Notes: a model not told the origin generated them from the letters alone. A stretch of DNA of 64,000 nt from the human T2T-CHM13v2.0 reference genome, Homo sapiens (GCF_009914755.1 NC_060931.1); one strand, 5' to 3'; counted from the first letter of the stretch, positions 17,888 to 37,919 are shown. A program made the numbers and translations.

Positions 17888-18888
17888 CATAAGACTTTTT
17901 ATCTTAAATGAATTTCACATAATCAGCAAAGTTACTATCATTGTCAGTCCAATTAGTCTATACCTATAATACATAAGGTATCTGAAAGATTACTTCTCAT
18001 TCATTTATTCACAATGCCAGGAACTGTGCCAGATACTGGGTATACAATAGCAAACAAGACAGACAAGGAATCAAACCGAGCTTACATCCCCTCTTCTAAA
18101 GACAGATATTTACATCCTAATAGAAATTTCCCTACCAAATGTATTTATACATAAAACCCAGTTCTGTTTTAATGTTAGCACATGAGATCTAGCTGATGAA
18201 AATGTTACCTGTATTTCCCCCTTGGGAGTCAGCCCCATAGACCAGTAATTACCAATCTCTTTTCTGCCATAAAACCCGTAATAGATTACGTTCACTTGTG
18301 TACTGTACTCCCATGGGTACTGTTACATGAAATCTGCAAACTTCTTTCTCTCACTATTAAAACAAACAAAAAGGAATAAGAAAATGTGTGTGCGCAATTC
18401 TCCATTTGCCATCTCCACAAGCCATTCCCTCCCTGCACCTCTCTGCCCTGGGCCCTTGGAAACTGATCTCTGTAGATTGCATCTCCTAGACAAACTTGCT
18501 GCTAGCTTCTGTTTGGGTTAGGCCAATTCAGACAATGGCAAGAAATTCAAGGGCAGCAGAAGAGAGAGGGCAGGGTCCTCCTCCCCTGCATACTTTCTGA
18601 CAAAACTCTGCTACTCTGGCAGTAGCTATGTCTCTTCACAAGCCTATTTCCCGCTGAGTGGCACCTCTTCCAGACCTCGTGAGGTTCCAGTAACCCTTTC
18701 CCTTCAGCCCTTGGAGTGGGAACAATTTCCAGCTATTGTAGCCTCAGGGAGCCTCATTATATCTTGTTTGTTCCTTTCACCTGCCTACCCTATGTCCATC
18801 ATCTCTTCATTTGTATCTGCGTATTCCGTTTTCTCATAAAACAAGATGCAAGTGCAAGATAGGAAAGTTATTATAAGAATAACCTTGT

Positions 18889-19195
<307 letters not shown>

Positions 19196-19916
19196 TGTGA
19201 GCAGAAGCCAATTACCTGTAACAAATACCAATACCGAGTCCATGCTGCGAACTGCTGGCAAAAGCCATGCCATATTTGAGCCCTCTGCATTTGCTACCGT
19301 TTGAATGGACATTCTGGACTATATAGAGAGTGAATATTTCCCCTCATCTCAACCTTTCACACTGGTGAGCTCAGGGGGCTAGAAAGTGTGAGACTGACTA
19401 AGAAGATTTCAAATTCCCCTAGAAACCTTTCATTATCTAATACCTTTTAAAATTCCACTTTGGGTGCCGTGAGGAGAAGATTTCTCTTCCACATCTTTTC
19501 TACAAATTGCTGAAAGCTTTAAACCAGTTTTATCTACAGTATGTCACAGCAAATGTGGGTCTTTTTTCCTTCTAGTGCCTGATCTGTCAGGAATTGCCAG
19601 GCCAAAAAGAAAAAAGACAATCCCTGGTGAGATGAACAAAGTAACAAGGAAAAATGATATCAGAAGAGATCAGCGGGATCTCATCAATTCAACGCTTACT
19701 CAAATTCTAGTAACCTTGAAAGATTCAAGTATAATAAATTCTCATATATAAGGATCTCAGTTTGGCCTTCAAATACTACAAAGAGGACAGGTTTAAACAT
19801 AGGTATCCAAGATTTGTAACTGGTATTTAAGTTTTGGAATCTCAGTTACCAGGTAAACCTGGAAAGTTTACTCTTGCTAGTGTCACAAAATTAGGGTCAC
19901 CTGTACTAAACAGTAA

Positions 19917-20508
<592 letters not shown>

Positions 20509-20933
20509 TAATAGATTACACTTATTAGCACTTATTCTATATTTTAAATGCTACACGTACATTAACTCATCAAATCTGGATAGCAATGCAATGAGATTAT
20601 CACCATTTTGCAAATGGGAAAACTGAGGCACAAAAATTAAGTAACTCATCTAACATAAGAGGTAAATAGTGGAGCTGGGATTAGGACCTATGAAGTTTGG
20701 CTGAGGAATTCATATTCTTATCCCCTCTGATATACTGTCCCCAAAATATGTCTTGTTTTCAATGTCCGTGTATTTAAACATAAATGTTTCCTGCTATGAA
20801 TCTCATTGTTTCTTTTTTGACTAAAGGGAGCATTGTTAAGGTTTATCCACACTGCTATGTATGTACATCTGAACTGTTGCTAAGTATGTCATATCATATA
20901 CTTTGGCTTACGCATTCCCCTACGGATGGACAC

Positions 20934-21336
20934 TGAAATGGGAGTGTTCCTTTATCCCCCGTCACAGGATGTGCGACAGGGTTGTGACTCTTCTTTGCTG
21001 CCCTGCTGCTCAAACTCCTAAGGAAGCATGCAGACAGGCAGGTGTAGGGGTCGTGGGGAGCATTTTTGGGCTCTGACCCCACAGCAGTGTCTAAGGGTGA
21101 GTGTTTACAGCTCCTGAAGCCTTGGTGGGCGTCTGTTACAGTGTGCTCTTTCAGCTTTGCCGTCTGCAGACAGCTTGTGTTAATGAGCTCAATTAGACCC
21201 TCTGCTTATCGCAAGGACAGAGGGCTTTCTGTATCCTGGGTTCTTGCCCTAGTGTACTGGAAAACTTGGATCACATGTGGGCTTGGAGAATGAGTGTAAG
21301 GTTTTATTGAGTGGTGGAGATAGCTCTCAGCAAGAT
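20934..21336 (-). mobile_element. ERV1 LTR fragment (LTR1/LTR27-like; subfamily uncertain)
   Basis: tgaaatgggagtgttcc...ttggagaatgagtgtaaggttttattgagtgg. Confidence 0.65.
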
Positions 21337-21364
21337 CATTAATATCATTTTCAAAAGAACAACC

Positions 21365-21470
21365 GGCTGGGCGCAGTGGCTCACGCTGAGATCACGCCAC
21401 TGCACTCCAGCCTGGCAACAGAGCGAGACTCTGTCTCAAAAAAAAACCAAACCAAAACAAAACAAAAAAA
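21365..21470 (+). mobile_element. Internally deleted Alu
   Basis: first ~22 nt fused to last ~50 nt plus tail; TSD gaacaacc. Confidence 0.9.
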
Positions 21471-21799
21471 GGAACAACCCTTTATTTCATTCCAAAGTAT
21501 AGATATATTTAACTTATTGAACACTTCATTAAAAATGCATGCCTGTTTCCCTCTGTATAAATGATAAGTCTGGGCTTTGCAAGAAATGTTGGGAATGAGA
21601 TGGGCTTTGGGTAAGAGTCTTCCAATACTGACCAATGTAATGTTCTATCAGTCCATGAAGAAATCTGTAAGGAATAGATGGTTTCACTGACTTGGGCTGA
21701 GCTCACAATCAGCACCTTAAAAACACTGCCAGACTTTGAGTTAGTAGAGACCGTTTTTGAGGATTCAGGGGAAAATAAGAATGTTTTCTGGCTCACGTT

Positions 21800-22138
<339 letters not shown>

Positions 22139-22561
22139 TAGATACTAAGATACTACTTTTGGAAAAGCACAATCTTTAGTGTGAGTCCTAGAAAGAAGGT
22201 GCCAACCTTCTGTAAGGAAAACTAAAAGCTTCCTCTCACTTGCAGATGACATAATTTTATACTCATAAGCCAGGAGTGACTTTAATAGGTATCTCATTCA
22301 TTCTACAAAGAAGGGCTTCAGAGCTGCTATTTGAAAAACAGTAACAACAAACAAACAAACAAACAAACAAACATTAAATGCACTTAAATGGTGTATAGCT
22401 AAATTCCTACATAGGGACTTACCTTATTCATTTAAAAGAGATCCATTTTTCAACTGATATGGTATATGCACAACCAAAAGATATATTGGTGAAAGTTCAA
22501 AGTTAGGCATATGGTAGTGACCACTTAAAATATTTCACAATTTAAAATTATTGCAGCTATG

Positions 22562-22652
22562 TTCTGGGGCATAAAAAGATGCCCCAGTATCACTCAATTG
22601 AGTGATTCTGGGGCATAAAAAGATGCCCCAGTATCACTCAATTGAGTGATTC
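22562..22652. repeat. Perfect 44-bp tandem duplication of a doubly palindromic unit
   Basis: ttctggggcataaaaagatgccccagtatcactcaattgagtga x2. Confidence 0.98.
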
Positions 22653-22989
22653 CTAAATAATTTACAAAGATAACTTAGTATTTAAAAGCCTAGAGGATCT
22701 TTCTTGGTCTTCTTCCTGTAGAAAAGGACAGTAGCGGTGCTTCTTAGAGCTTTTCACTGTTGAAATATGGAGTTTTGCAAAACCATCAACACCACACTTC
22801 TGCCCTCCAAGTACTACCAGGGAGTATAATCTTGCATTCAATCTACACAATACTCAATAGAAAAATCAGCTGAGACAATTTCTATTTTGCAGGTTAACCT
22901 GAAGGATATACAGTCTGTCTATGCTCCTGTGCAAGACCAGATAACAAATAGTTCTGGTGCTCCTTGTAGTTTCTATCCCAACAATTCAA

Positions 22990-23128
22990 CTCTACAGTCA
23001 ACTCTGTTACCATAAAGCAAGCAGCCATGGACAATACAAATTAGTGTGGCTATGTTGCAGTATAACTTTACTTGCAAAATAAGTGGCAAGCTGGACATGG
23101 CCTGTGAACCTTGGTCTGTGGAATCCTG
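22990..23128. mobile_element. MER58-like hAT relic
   Basis: gcagccatggacaatac...gtggctatgttgcagtataactttac. Confidence 0.6.
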
Positions 23129-23143
23129 CCCTAGGTCAATGTT

Positions 23144-23567
23144 TGATATGGTTTGGATCTGTGTCCCCACCCAAGTCTCATGTTCAATTGTAATCCTCAG
23201 TGATGGAGGTGGGGTGGTGGGAGGTGGCTGGATCATGGGGGTGGATTTCTTATGAATGATTTAGCATCATCCTTCTGGTACTGTCCTCTTGATAGTGAGT
23301 TCTCATGACATCTGGTCATTTAAAAGTGTGTGGCACCTCCCTCCTCTCTCTCTGTCTCCTGCTCCTGGTCCTGCCATGTAAGATGCACCTGCTTCCTCTT
23401 TGCCTTCTGCCATTATTGTAAGTTTCCTGAGGCTTTTTCAGAAGCTCAGCAGATTCCAGCATCATGCTTCCCGTACAGCCTGCAGAATCAAGAGCCAATT
23501 AAACCTCTCTTCTTTATATATTACCCAGTCTCAGGTATTTACAGCAATACAAGAACAGACTAATACC
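23144..23567 (+). mobile_element. MSTA (MaLR) solo LTR
   Basis: TGATATGGTTTGGATCTGTGTCCCC...AACAGACTAATAC. Confidence 0.9.
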
Positions 23568-23929
23568 ATGGTTCTTAACGTTTTGGGGAGCAAGTGGTGG
23601 TCACTACCCCCATTGAAAGCCTAATGAAAATTATAGTTCTTCTCTTCCAGAAAATTTAAAGCTAGATTAATTTTACATGCAACTTTGTAAGTTGTAAATC
23701 CCCCCAAATGAAGAGGCTTTCTCTAGACACTCTAAAATTTATCATTGAATTCTGTCAGAACAACAGAAAGATATGTCCTTGTTCAGCTTCCCCAGTAGAA
23801 GCTGTTTCTGGAATATTCTTTGCCATGATGTCATTGGTTTTTATTGAGAACTGTTTAGGAAACATATCTTTGAAACCCATTCACTTGTTTATTCCAATAA
23901 CGTAGTGGATAAACAGTTCAAAATGGAAA

Positions 23930-25935
<2,006 letters not shown>

Positions 25936-26643
25936 ACTTCATTCAGTCTCCCCTTCATGTGGAGTCAAAGAAGAAACGTTTCAGCACCAGAAATGGTTAT
26001 ACAGCACTTCTCTTGAGTACTGGAGTTGTTTTTATCTTTTGCAGCCTGTGAACCCTGTAACTAATTAGTGTTACCCTTTGCCCAGGCTCTTAGCAAGCAG
26101 GGCACTGGGTGTCTGACATGCATTCTCGGTATTAACCTTCTCCTCAGCATCATCTTACTTTCCTACTTTCATTTGCCTTTTGTCCTGATTTCTTTCTAAC
26201 AAACCGTTTTATCTTAATGTGGTCTAGATACTTGTCAGAGACTAAGTATTTTTTTAATCAAGGTACAGTGTACATAACCGAATACATACATACATAAATA
26301 AATCATGACAGTGTCTCCTCCTGACACATATTAATAAACATTCAAGCCATAAAAACATAATTCATTAAGGCTTACTATCATGCAGAATCTACCATGCTTT
26401 ATTCAATTTGGGATGTTTCTTTGTATGAGGAATAAGGATCTGAACATAGCATTATCAGAAAAAGGTAAACAGGATGGTACTTAGGGAACAGGGAAGTTTA
26501 TCCCGGAGAAGAGAAAGAGAGACAGTGAAAACACAAAAGCTTTCTTTAAATATTTTATGAGTTGTCAGGTAGAAGGGAAGTAAATTAATTCTGACTTGTC
26601 CCATTGAATTAGGTGTGGGGCCAATGGGTACAGGCTACTGTAG

Positions 26644-26970
<327 letters not shown>

Positions 26971-27839
26971 AGCAACCCATTCCTAATGGGGCACAGAACA
27001 GATACAATGTACTGTCCGAGAAAAGACAGAGTTTCTAGGCAGTGGTTATCACTATATATACAGGTTGGATAGTCATTTGAGAAGGATCTCCTATAAAGAT
27101 TCATTTAGATAAATGATTGCTTCCTTCCAATCCCAAGACTTAACAGTTACTTAATCCTGCGAGAAAACAGTACCCTTCTGATATGAAACTAACTTATTCT
27201 GACTAAGCAAACACCCTCATTTTCTTACTTATCAACTTACGTTATTATATTAAGTTATATCACAATCCCAGCATATTTGACCAAGTAGCAATGAAAAGGC
27301 TATACCAAGAAGACATTCTTATACTCATTTTAGGCTTTGGCCGTTAAGAAATCCAATGCAAAATGGCAACTAGGCTTTTTGGGACTTGTATCTGCAAAAT
27401 ATACCTTTTTTTTTTTTTTGCAGCCAGCTACCCTTTTATGCCCTCCAGAAATAGGCAGGCAATACAACATTCTCTGAATGGAAGTTAAAGTGATTTCCCA
27501 CTTCGTCCCCGCGCTTTAACACTTAGGCAATAAAGCTCGTGACATTTTCAATAAGGAGCAGAGAAGGGAAGTGCTCCTTATTCACAAAAGGGCTCAAGTC
27601 ATCACCATCCCAGCGTTTTCCTATTTGACAAGGCCCAGTTACTGCCAAATGGCAAGACCTACAATTTAAAAACCACTTTGATCAGCACCAGGGATCTGAG
27701 GCTGATAGGTTCAGCAAAATTGAGAGCCAATTTCAGGCTGGCTTGAACACCTAGATTCCAAGCCTGTGCAGGTTCACTCGGCATTCCCAGCGGAGGCAAG
27801 AAAGATCCTGAAGGCATCTTAGGTGTGATTATGACACTA

Positions 27840-28309
<470 letters not shown>

Positions 28310-28436
28310 TTACTGAGACCCTTGTATGTGCAAAGTATGAAACTAAGTATTCTATATGCATTATCTCATTTGATTGTCACATCTGCAAGAAGCAAGGTCA
28401 TATTATTATTCTCATTACACAGGTGAAGAAATACAG

Positions 28437-28776
28437 GGCCGTGTATGATGGCTCACACCTGTAATCTCACCGTTTTGAGAGGCCAACGCAGGGGGATCAC
28501 TTGAGCCTGGGACTTTGAGAACAGCCCGGGCAACATGGTAAAACCCCGTCTCTACAAAAAAGTAAAAAATTAGCCAAGTATGGTAGCATACACCTCTGGT
28601 CCCAGCTACTCAGGAGGCTGAGATGGGAGGATCACCAGAGCCTGGGAGGCTGAGGCTGCATTGAGCTGTGATTGCTCATAGCTCCATTCACAGTCACTCC
28701 AAACTGGAACCACTGCACTCCAGCCTGAGCAACAGAGTGGGACCCTGTCTCAAAAAAAAAAAAAAAAAAAAAAAAA

Positions 28777-28812
<36 letters not shown>

Positions 28813-28853
28813 GAAAGAAAGAAAAAAAGAAAGAAAAGAAAGAAAGAAAGAAA
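28437..28853 (+). mobile_element. AluJ with ~35-bp non-Alu insert and long A/(AAAG)n tail
   Basis: Alu consensus interrupted at 28675-28709. Confidence 0.9.
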
Positions 28854-29179
28854 GACACACTCAGAGTTGACGCTATTTGCTCAAGCTCAACCCAACTAAA
28901 AAGAGGTGAATACGGACGTAGTACCCACGAATAGACAAGTAAATGAATACACAATACCCTCCAGACATCTGGACCCTGATATGTTTAAATTTGCATCTCT
29001 CTCTGAAACCTTCAGCCTTCTAGGGGTCCACAGGCCCAAAGCTTAATGATGACATTCAATTCGTTCTGAACACCCCACAGGATTTTTCAATAGTGGGCGT
29101 TTGCATTTTGTTGCACGCTCAGGGAGAAGAAACTTCGTGTATATCTGACTCGAAAATTGTGTGGGCCAAAAGACTTCTG

Positions 29180-29620
29180 GTTATAGAATGGCGGCCTTTG
29201 TGAGAAATGATCCTTTGGAGGTCTGATCCATTTTTTGTTTTAGTTTATATCTGAAAGGAGAATATTTTTACCTTCTCTTTTATGTTCATCTGCTAAGAGA
29301 GCGTGCAATACTTCCACACAGGCAGAAAGAACAGACCTAAAGTGGGATAATTTGGCCAAAGGTGTATCCTCTTTTCCTTTGGTATTTTGTCGCAAGTGAT
29401 AAATGATGTCAGACAAAGCTGTCAGATGAGATTTAGATGGTGTGCAGAGAGACAGCAATCAATTTCCAACTTAGGAAATTTAATGGATTTTAATGAGCCA
29501 CTCTCTGTTGATTACCATGCAGCTTTCAGCTTCGTGCGTGCTTCATTCACACGTGTGCTTGGCAGTGATTGATGGGCCGTTAAGCTCCCCTCATTTGATT
29601 CCTGTATAGCAATCAAGGCT
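29180..29620. promoter_or_regulatory. Candidate enhancer (PBX/MEIS/HOX, E-box, MYB, YY1-like motif cluster)
   Basis: TGATTGATGG 29566, TGTCA 29407 and 29420, CACACGTGTG 29548, GGCCGTTAAG 29575, ATGGCGGC 29188 in non-repetitive DNA; motifs only. Confidence 0.35.
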
Positions 29621-29954
29621 GTCTCAGCTGTAACCAGGAGAGGCTGATGTTGAGACCTGCAAGGCGTGTGGGCAGAGTGTGATCTCTTGCGATCTTTTGT
29701 TTGTTCCCCATATTTTGCAGCTTGGAACAGTCACCTGATGTTCACTCATGAAAAGAGGGACAGTTCTATAAACATTGAGCCCCAGGAATTGCCAGCCAGG
29801 TGAGAGAATTGTCCTCCAAAGCCCTCACACCATCCCCTCACTGGAGGGTGGGTTCTTTGAGGGCAAACGCTGATCTATTCCAGTTGATGGTCTCATTAAC
29901 AGCAACATAAGTAGGTGCTCTCTATTTTTGAAAAAATAATCCTGCACTACTTAA

Positions 29955-30336
<382 letters not shown>

Positions 30337-30953
30337 TAGAAATAATGGGTAAGCCAGAAGATACGTATCTGTGAGCCAATATATGGTTATCTCACCGCGT
30401 GGCAAGAGCAGAAATGTGTCTTCTCCTTGCTTAAGATGAGGCTTTTAAAACCAGAGACGTGTTTATGAACTGTAAACCCTCATTAAGAATTTTAGATTTG
30501 GCACATTTAAGATGCATGATAATTTGATGAGGGGAGGGCCTAAGTCTTCATCTCCATTATCACTGAAAATGAGCTCCCTTGCCAAACAAAGGGTAAATAA
30601 AATGACGCAGCTACGTTTAAGTGACTTAAGTAAAAAGAAAACTTCCAGAGACTTTGGCGTTTTAATTGAGGGTATAAAAGGATGCTCTAATTATCAATGT
30701 GTCTCAGAGATTCCATTTAAAAATACTTTTTAAAAGTAGCAGTTAGTTTCAATTACCTTCGATATACAAAAATGTGGGGATGTGCTGTAATAAAGCCCCA
30801 TTTCTTCAAAATGTCTAAATAATGAGGTATCTCTAAGTAGTCCAGGCTGGCCTTCCCTGCATAGTCTGAATTGATGTAATTCAACCAAATATATGGTAAA
30901 CAAAATGATGATCTTTATTAACTTGGATCATCCTTGCAATAAAGACACAGCTT

Positions 30954-31316
<363 letters not shown>

Positions 31317-32143
31317 TTAGAAAAGAATACACAGGCTAGGTGCCTGTTCCACCACCCCTTGAGGTGTTTTCTTCTGCTACGATGCTTACTGACCATTCTG
31401 TCCTTGAAGATTCTGGGCAGAAAGCAGTAGACTATAGTGACAATCTGTGATCTGGATGAATTGACAAGCATTAAGTGGGCAGGTATTGGCAAGTTCTGGG
31501 GAACAAACCATCCGCAGAGATGTCTGTGACTTGGAAAGTGCAGCCACAGACGTTCTTTTCCCCTGGCCCTGCTGTCAGTTGGAACAAACTTTCTGGCACT
31601 CTGGGAAGGAAGACGGTCACCACCTGGCCTACGGCTCTGTAGCTCCGAGGTTGGACTGGTGCAATTCCGCTCGGATTAGCAATTAGGTTGGAAGCCAGCA
31701 CAGGCTCCATTTGGGCAATAGTTCTGGGAGATGAGATGAAGGCCCCTGAGATGTTTTGCTCTCTGTTCTCATTAACCTTCTGTCTGGGGAAAGAAGGTCC
31801 TGTCCTTAAGCCAGGAAGCCACAGCAGGGCGGCACATCAGTCACCAAATCCCACCCAACCAGCTGGGGCTTTCACCAAATCCAATTAGTCACTGGCTGTG
31901 TTTCTTCTCATCAGCAAGAAGGGTGCTGTGCAGGGACAGATACTCTTCTCTGGGCAAACCCATCCCAGCAAACAAGCCCAGAGACAGGTCCTGCAACAGA
32001 GGCACATTTAGGGAGGGATGTGAGCCCCGTGCTAGCCTCTTGTTCCACCAATTTGACATTCATTCCTCTGGTGGGTGGCATCTGTGTCCTCAGTCATAAA
32101 AAACAATAAAGTTTAAATCCAATGGCAGAATCAATATTTGTAG

Positions 32144-32547
<404 letters not shown>

Positions 32548-32702
32548 TCTTTTTTATTTAGTTTTTTAATGAGATCACACCAATAATTATTTTTAACCAT
32601 GAAGACCCATGCCCCTTAATCCTCCCTCCATGCACTAACTTTCACTCTCTTGCTCTTCCATCCTCTTTTCATGATACCAGTTTCAGTACAAAACACATTA
32701 GG

Positions 32703-32782
32703 TTAGGTTGGTGCCAAAGTAATGGCAGCTTTTGCCATTACTTTTGATGGCAAAAACTGCAATTACTTTGGCACCAACCTAA
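32703..32782. mobile_element. MADE1 (Hsmar1-derived 80-bp MITE)
   Basis: TTAGGTTGGTGC...GCACCAACCTAA, 80 bp, near-perfect palindrome. Confidence 0.95.
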
Positions 32783-33468
32783 TAGTATTACCAGCTATAT
32801 TAAGGCTTTTAAAATTTGAGATCTCGAGTACACTCTAATTATGCCAGACTCCGGTCTCCACAAGAGACAATTTCCAACCATTCACACCAGACTGAGAGGA
32901 TTCTCAAGACAAACATTTATTTCTGGTCACTGGTCTTGGGTCCACCATTGACTTTATTTGAACAATGATTTCGGTCAAGAACCAAAGAACTTCAGAGGAT
33001 ACACTGATGTAAAACACATGGGGGTAGATCCCAAGGCTGGCCATCTGGTCATGGCAATGACTGAAAGGTGATGAATCACGTAACATCCCCAAGCAGGGTG
33101 GACTGAGAACCAGAGAGAAAGGCAAATATGATAGCTGGACGTGACCTTCCAGGGACCCTTCCTTTGTGGAGCTAGGTCATGGGGATGGTCTTGGGCCACA
33201 CATTCCCAGCACTGAGCCTGGCTCCTTCTCCCAGAGATTCTCCCTCCCCAAATGCAGAAATGGGAGCAGCCTGTGTCCTGGAGCATAGATGGCCTCTACA
33301 GACTCTTGCACGGAACCCTAGCCTAGGTTCTGTCCAGAGACAGGAGCGCTGGGCGCAGGGATGGCTGAGATGTTCCCAGAGATGGGAAATGAACGAGGTC
33401 CTCCCTTTGATCCTTATCCTATTGAAAATGGATAGGCTGCTTGAAAGGCTGCGTGCAGTGACTCACGC

Positions 33469-34302
<834 letters not shown>

Positions 34303-34394
34303 TTAGACCAGACAGTGTTGCACCTGCTTCCTCTCATCAGATTTTACAATCAGAGGGGCTAGTGCCTGGCACTCAGCCACACAGGTCTGTCTCA

Positions 34395-34769
<375 letters not shown>

Positions 34770-35073
34770 GCAATGCAAAGAAAACCAAAATCATCCCTCT
34801 TCATGCCCACCAGCTCCTGAAGCAAAAGCAGACTAACACACATCTTAGCAGCTGCCAAAGATATGTGTCCAAGCAAAGTGTAGGCTCAAGATCTGCATTC
34901 CTTTCTTACGTCTGGGAGCTTCCCCACCATAAGAGTCTTGGTGGGAATTTGAGCCACTTCTGAGAATAAACCCTCAAACAAGTCAGCTTCTATGCCTAAG
35001 GATCGTCCAACCAGATGCAGGCAATCACGATGCTGAATCTTGAGTCAGTATTGCAAAAACTCAGGGACTCTAG

Positions 35074-35376
<303 letters not shown>

Positions 35377-35979
35377 ATTCTTTACGGTGCTGGCCGAAGA
35401 ACAGTAGCAGCCTTAGCACTGAGGGCAGGGGCAGCGCCAGCTGTGGCTCCAGGTGTTGTCACGAGACCTATTGTTGACAGGCTTTTGCCTGGTCCTATTA
35501 CTTCCCATTGTGCATATAGAGAGAGACCAAACTTCCCTGAATTGACTGCAGTTTATCCCAGAGTCATAGGCAACACTAGAGATCCATCCTCCATCTCTGG
35601 TGACTATTATGCTTTCACTATATCCTATCACTGTAGTACATTTATGCACATAATGAAACTGCGGAAAAGACTTATTGAGCAACTATTTGTTGGAAGACAA
35701 TTCTCTGTGGATCTCTTACATTTCTGTATGTCTTATAAGCACAGGCACCAAATGCTTTTGTTCAGTACTGTCTTTTCAAGGATGTTTGCAGAGAGAACAG
35801 CCTTTGAAGCCACAGTGTCTCCCTCCAGAGAAAGTGCAAATTTAATTACTGCCCAGTATGGTAGAGATGATGTCTCCCTCCAGGACTGAGGTCAGGCAAG
35901 CCTACTGCCCCTTAGCTAAGGGGTCCTCCCCTATAATTTTATGCAGATGACACTGTGTCCTCTGAGCATCACTCTATGG

Positions 35980-36503
35980 TAGTGGTCCCCAACTTGGCAC
36001 CAGGGACTGGTTTCATGGAAGACAATTTTTCCTAGGACTGGGGAGAGGGGATGGTTTTGGGGATGATTCAAGCACATTATATTTATTGTGCACTTTACTT
36101 CTATTATTATTAGATTGTAATATATAATGAAACAATTATACATCTCATCATAATGTAAAATCAGTGGGAGCCCTGGGCTTGTTTCCCTGTAACTAGACAG
36201 TCTCATCTGGGGGTGATGGGAGACAGTGACAGATCATCAGGCATTAGATTCTCATAAGGAGCGTGCAACCTAGATCCCTCACATGCGCAGTTCACAATAG
36301 GGTTTATGCTTCTATGAGACTCTAACGCTGCCGCTGATCTGGCAGGAGGCAGAGCTCAGGCAGGAATGAGAGGGACAGGGAGAGGCTGTAAATACAGATG
36401 AATCTTCACTGACTCACCCACCTCTCACCTCTTGCTGTGCAGCCTGCTTCCTAACAGGTCATGGACCATTACTGCTCCACGGCCGGGGGGTTGGGGACCC
36501 CTG
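35980..36503 (-). mobile_element. MER1A
   Basis: reverse copy of 2246-2739; perfect 8-bp TSD ctctatgg. Confidence 0.92.
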
Positions 36504-36661
36504 CTCTATGGGAACTGGGGCTCAGGGGACCAACTAAAAATAATGATACTCTGCCTACTGCTATGGCTTGAGGAATAAAGTTCTTTGTATAATTTAGGTG
36601 TCTCATGTCTTCTGCTAGCATCCAGAAAACCATGGCAGGTCACTGGTTAGCATGCAAGTAG

Positions 36662-37324
<663 letters not shown>

Positions 37325-37919
37325 TGACACCACTTTACAATGGCATAGTGTTCCTCATAGGGATATAGAAATGAAATACTTTAAATGGTTCTTATCCTCA
37401 AGTAACTCAGGATCTAGCAGCAGTACACCAGTCCAGTGGGCGATAGAAGGGCCTGCTCTGAGCACCACTTCCACGCCCTCTGCAACATAAATAAGGGAAA
37501 GACACTGTCCATTTAAAGAACAAAGTAATCATTTCTATAGGCCAAAAACGGAACCCAAATGTAATGCAGAAAATTGCCCTGAAACTGAAGGCCTGCTGAC
37601 TTCGGGTACAGAAACAGAGAGAGGTAGCGGGGTGCTCCTCCCCTCCTGTGGAAAGATGTCTAAAATTGCCCCCTACAAAATGAGACACCTGGGCTCAGCT
37701 CATTCCTTGAAAGCAGGTGCTGAGAGCAGGCTCCTCGACTCAGGAAAAGAGGCCACAGGGTTCTTTCCAACCCTGGGGCTGACATGGAGCTGATCTTAAG
37801 AAGGCCACAGGAAGCAGAAAAACCACACACCAGGACACCGCCACACTGCCCGTGGCTCCCTGGCTAAGACTACAGGAGTCTACAGTGGGAATGTGGACAC
37901 CGGGAATCATTCACCGCAG

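Noticed and set aside
22562-22652. CRISPR-like palindromic repeat
   Set aside because: Only two abutting copies, no spacers, no cas genes, primate context.
28668-28954. Lys/Arg-rich ORF
   Set aside because: Alu poly-A/(AAAG)n tail.
35443-35889. 148-aa ORF
   Set aside because: No ATG at the listed start, runs into an LTR, no recognisable homology.
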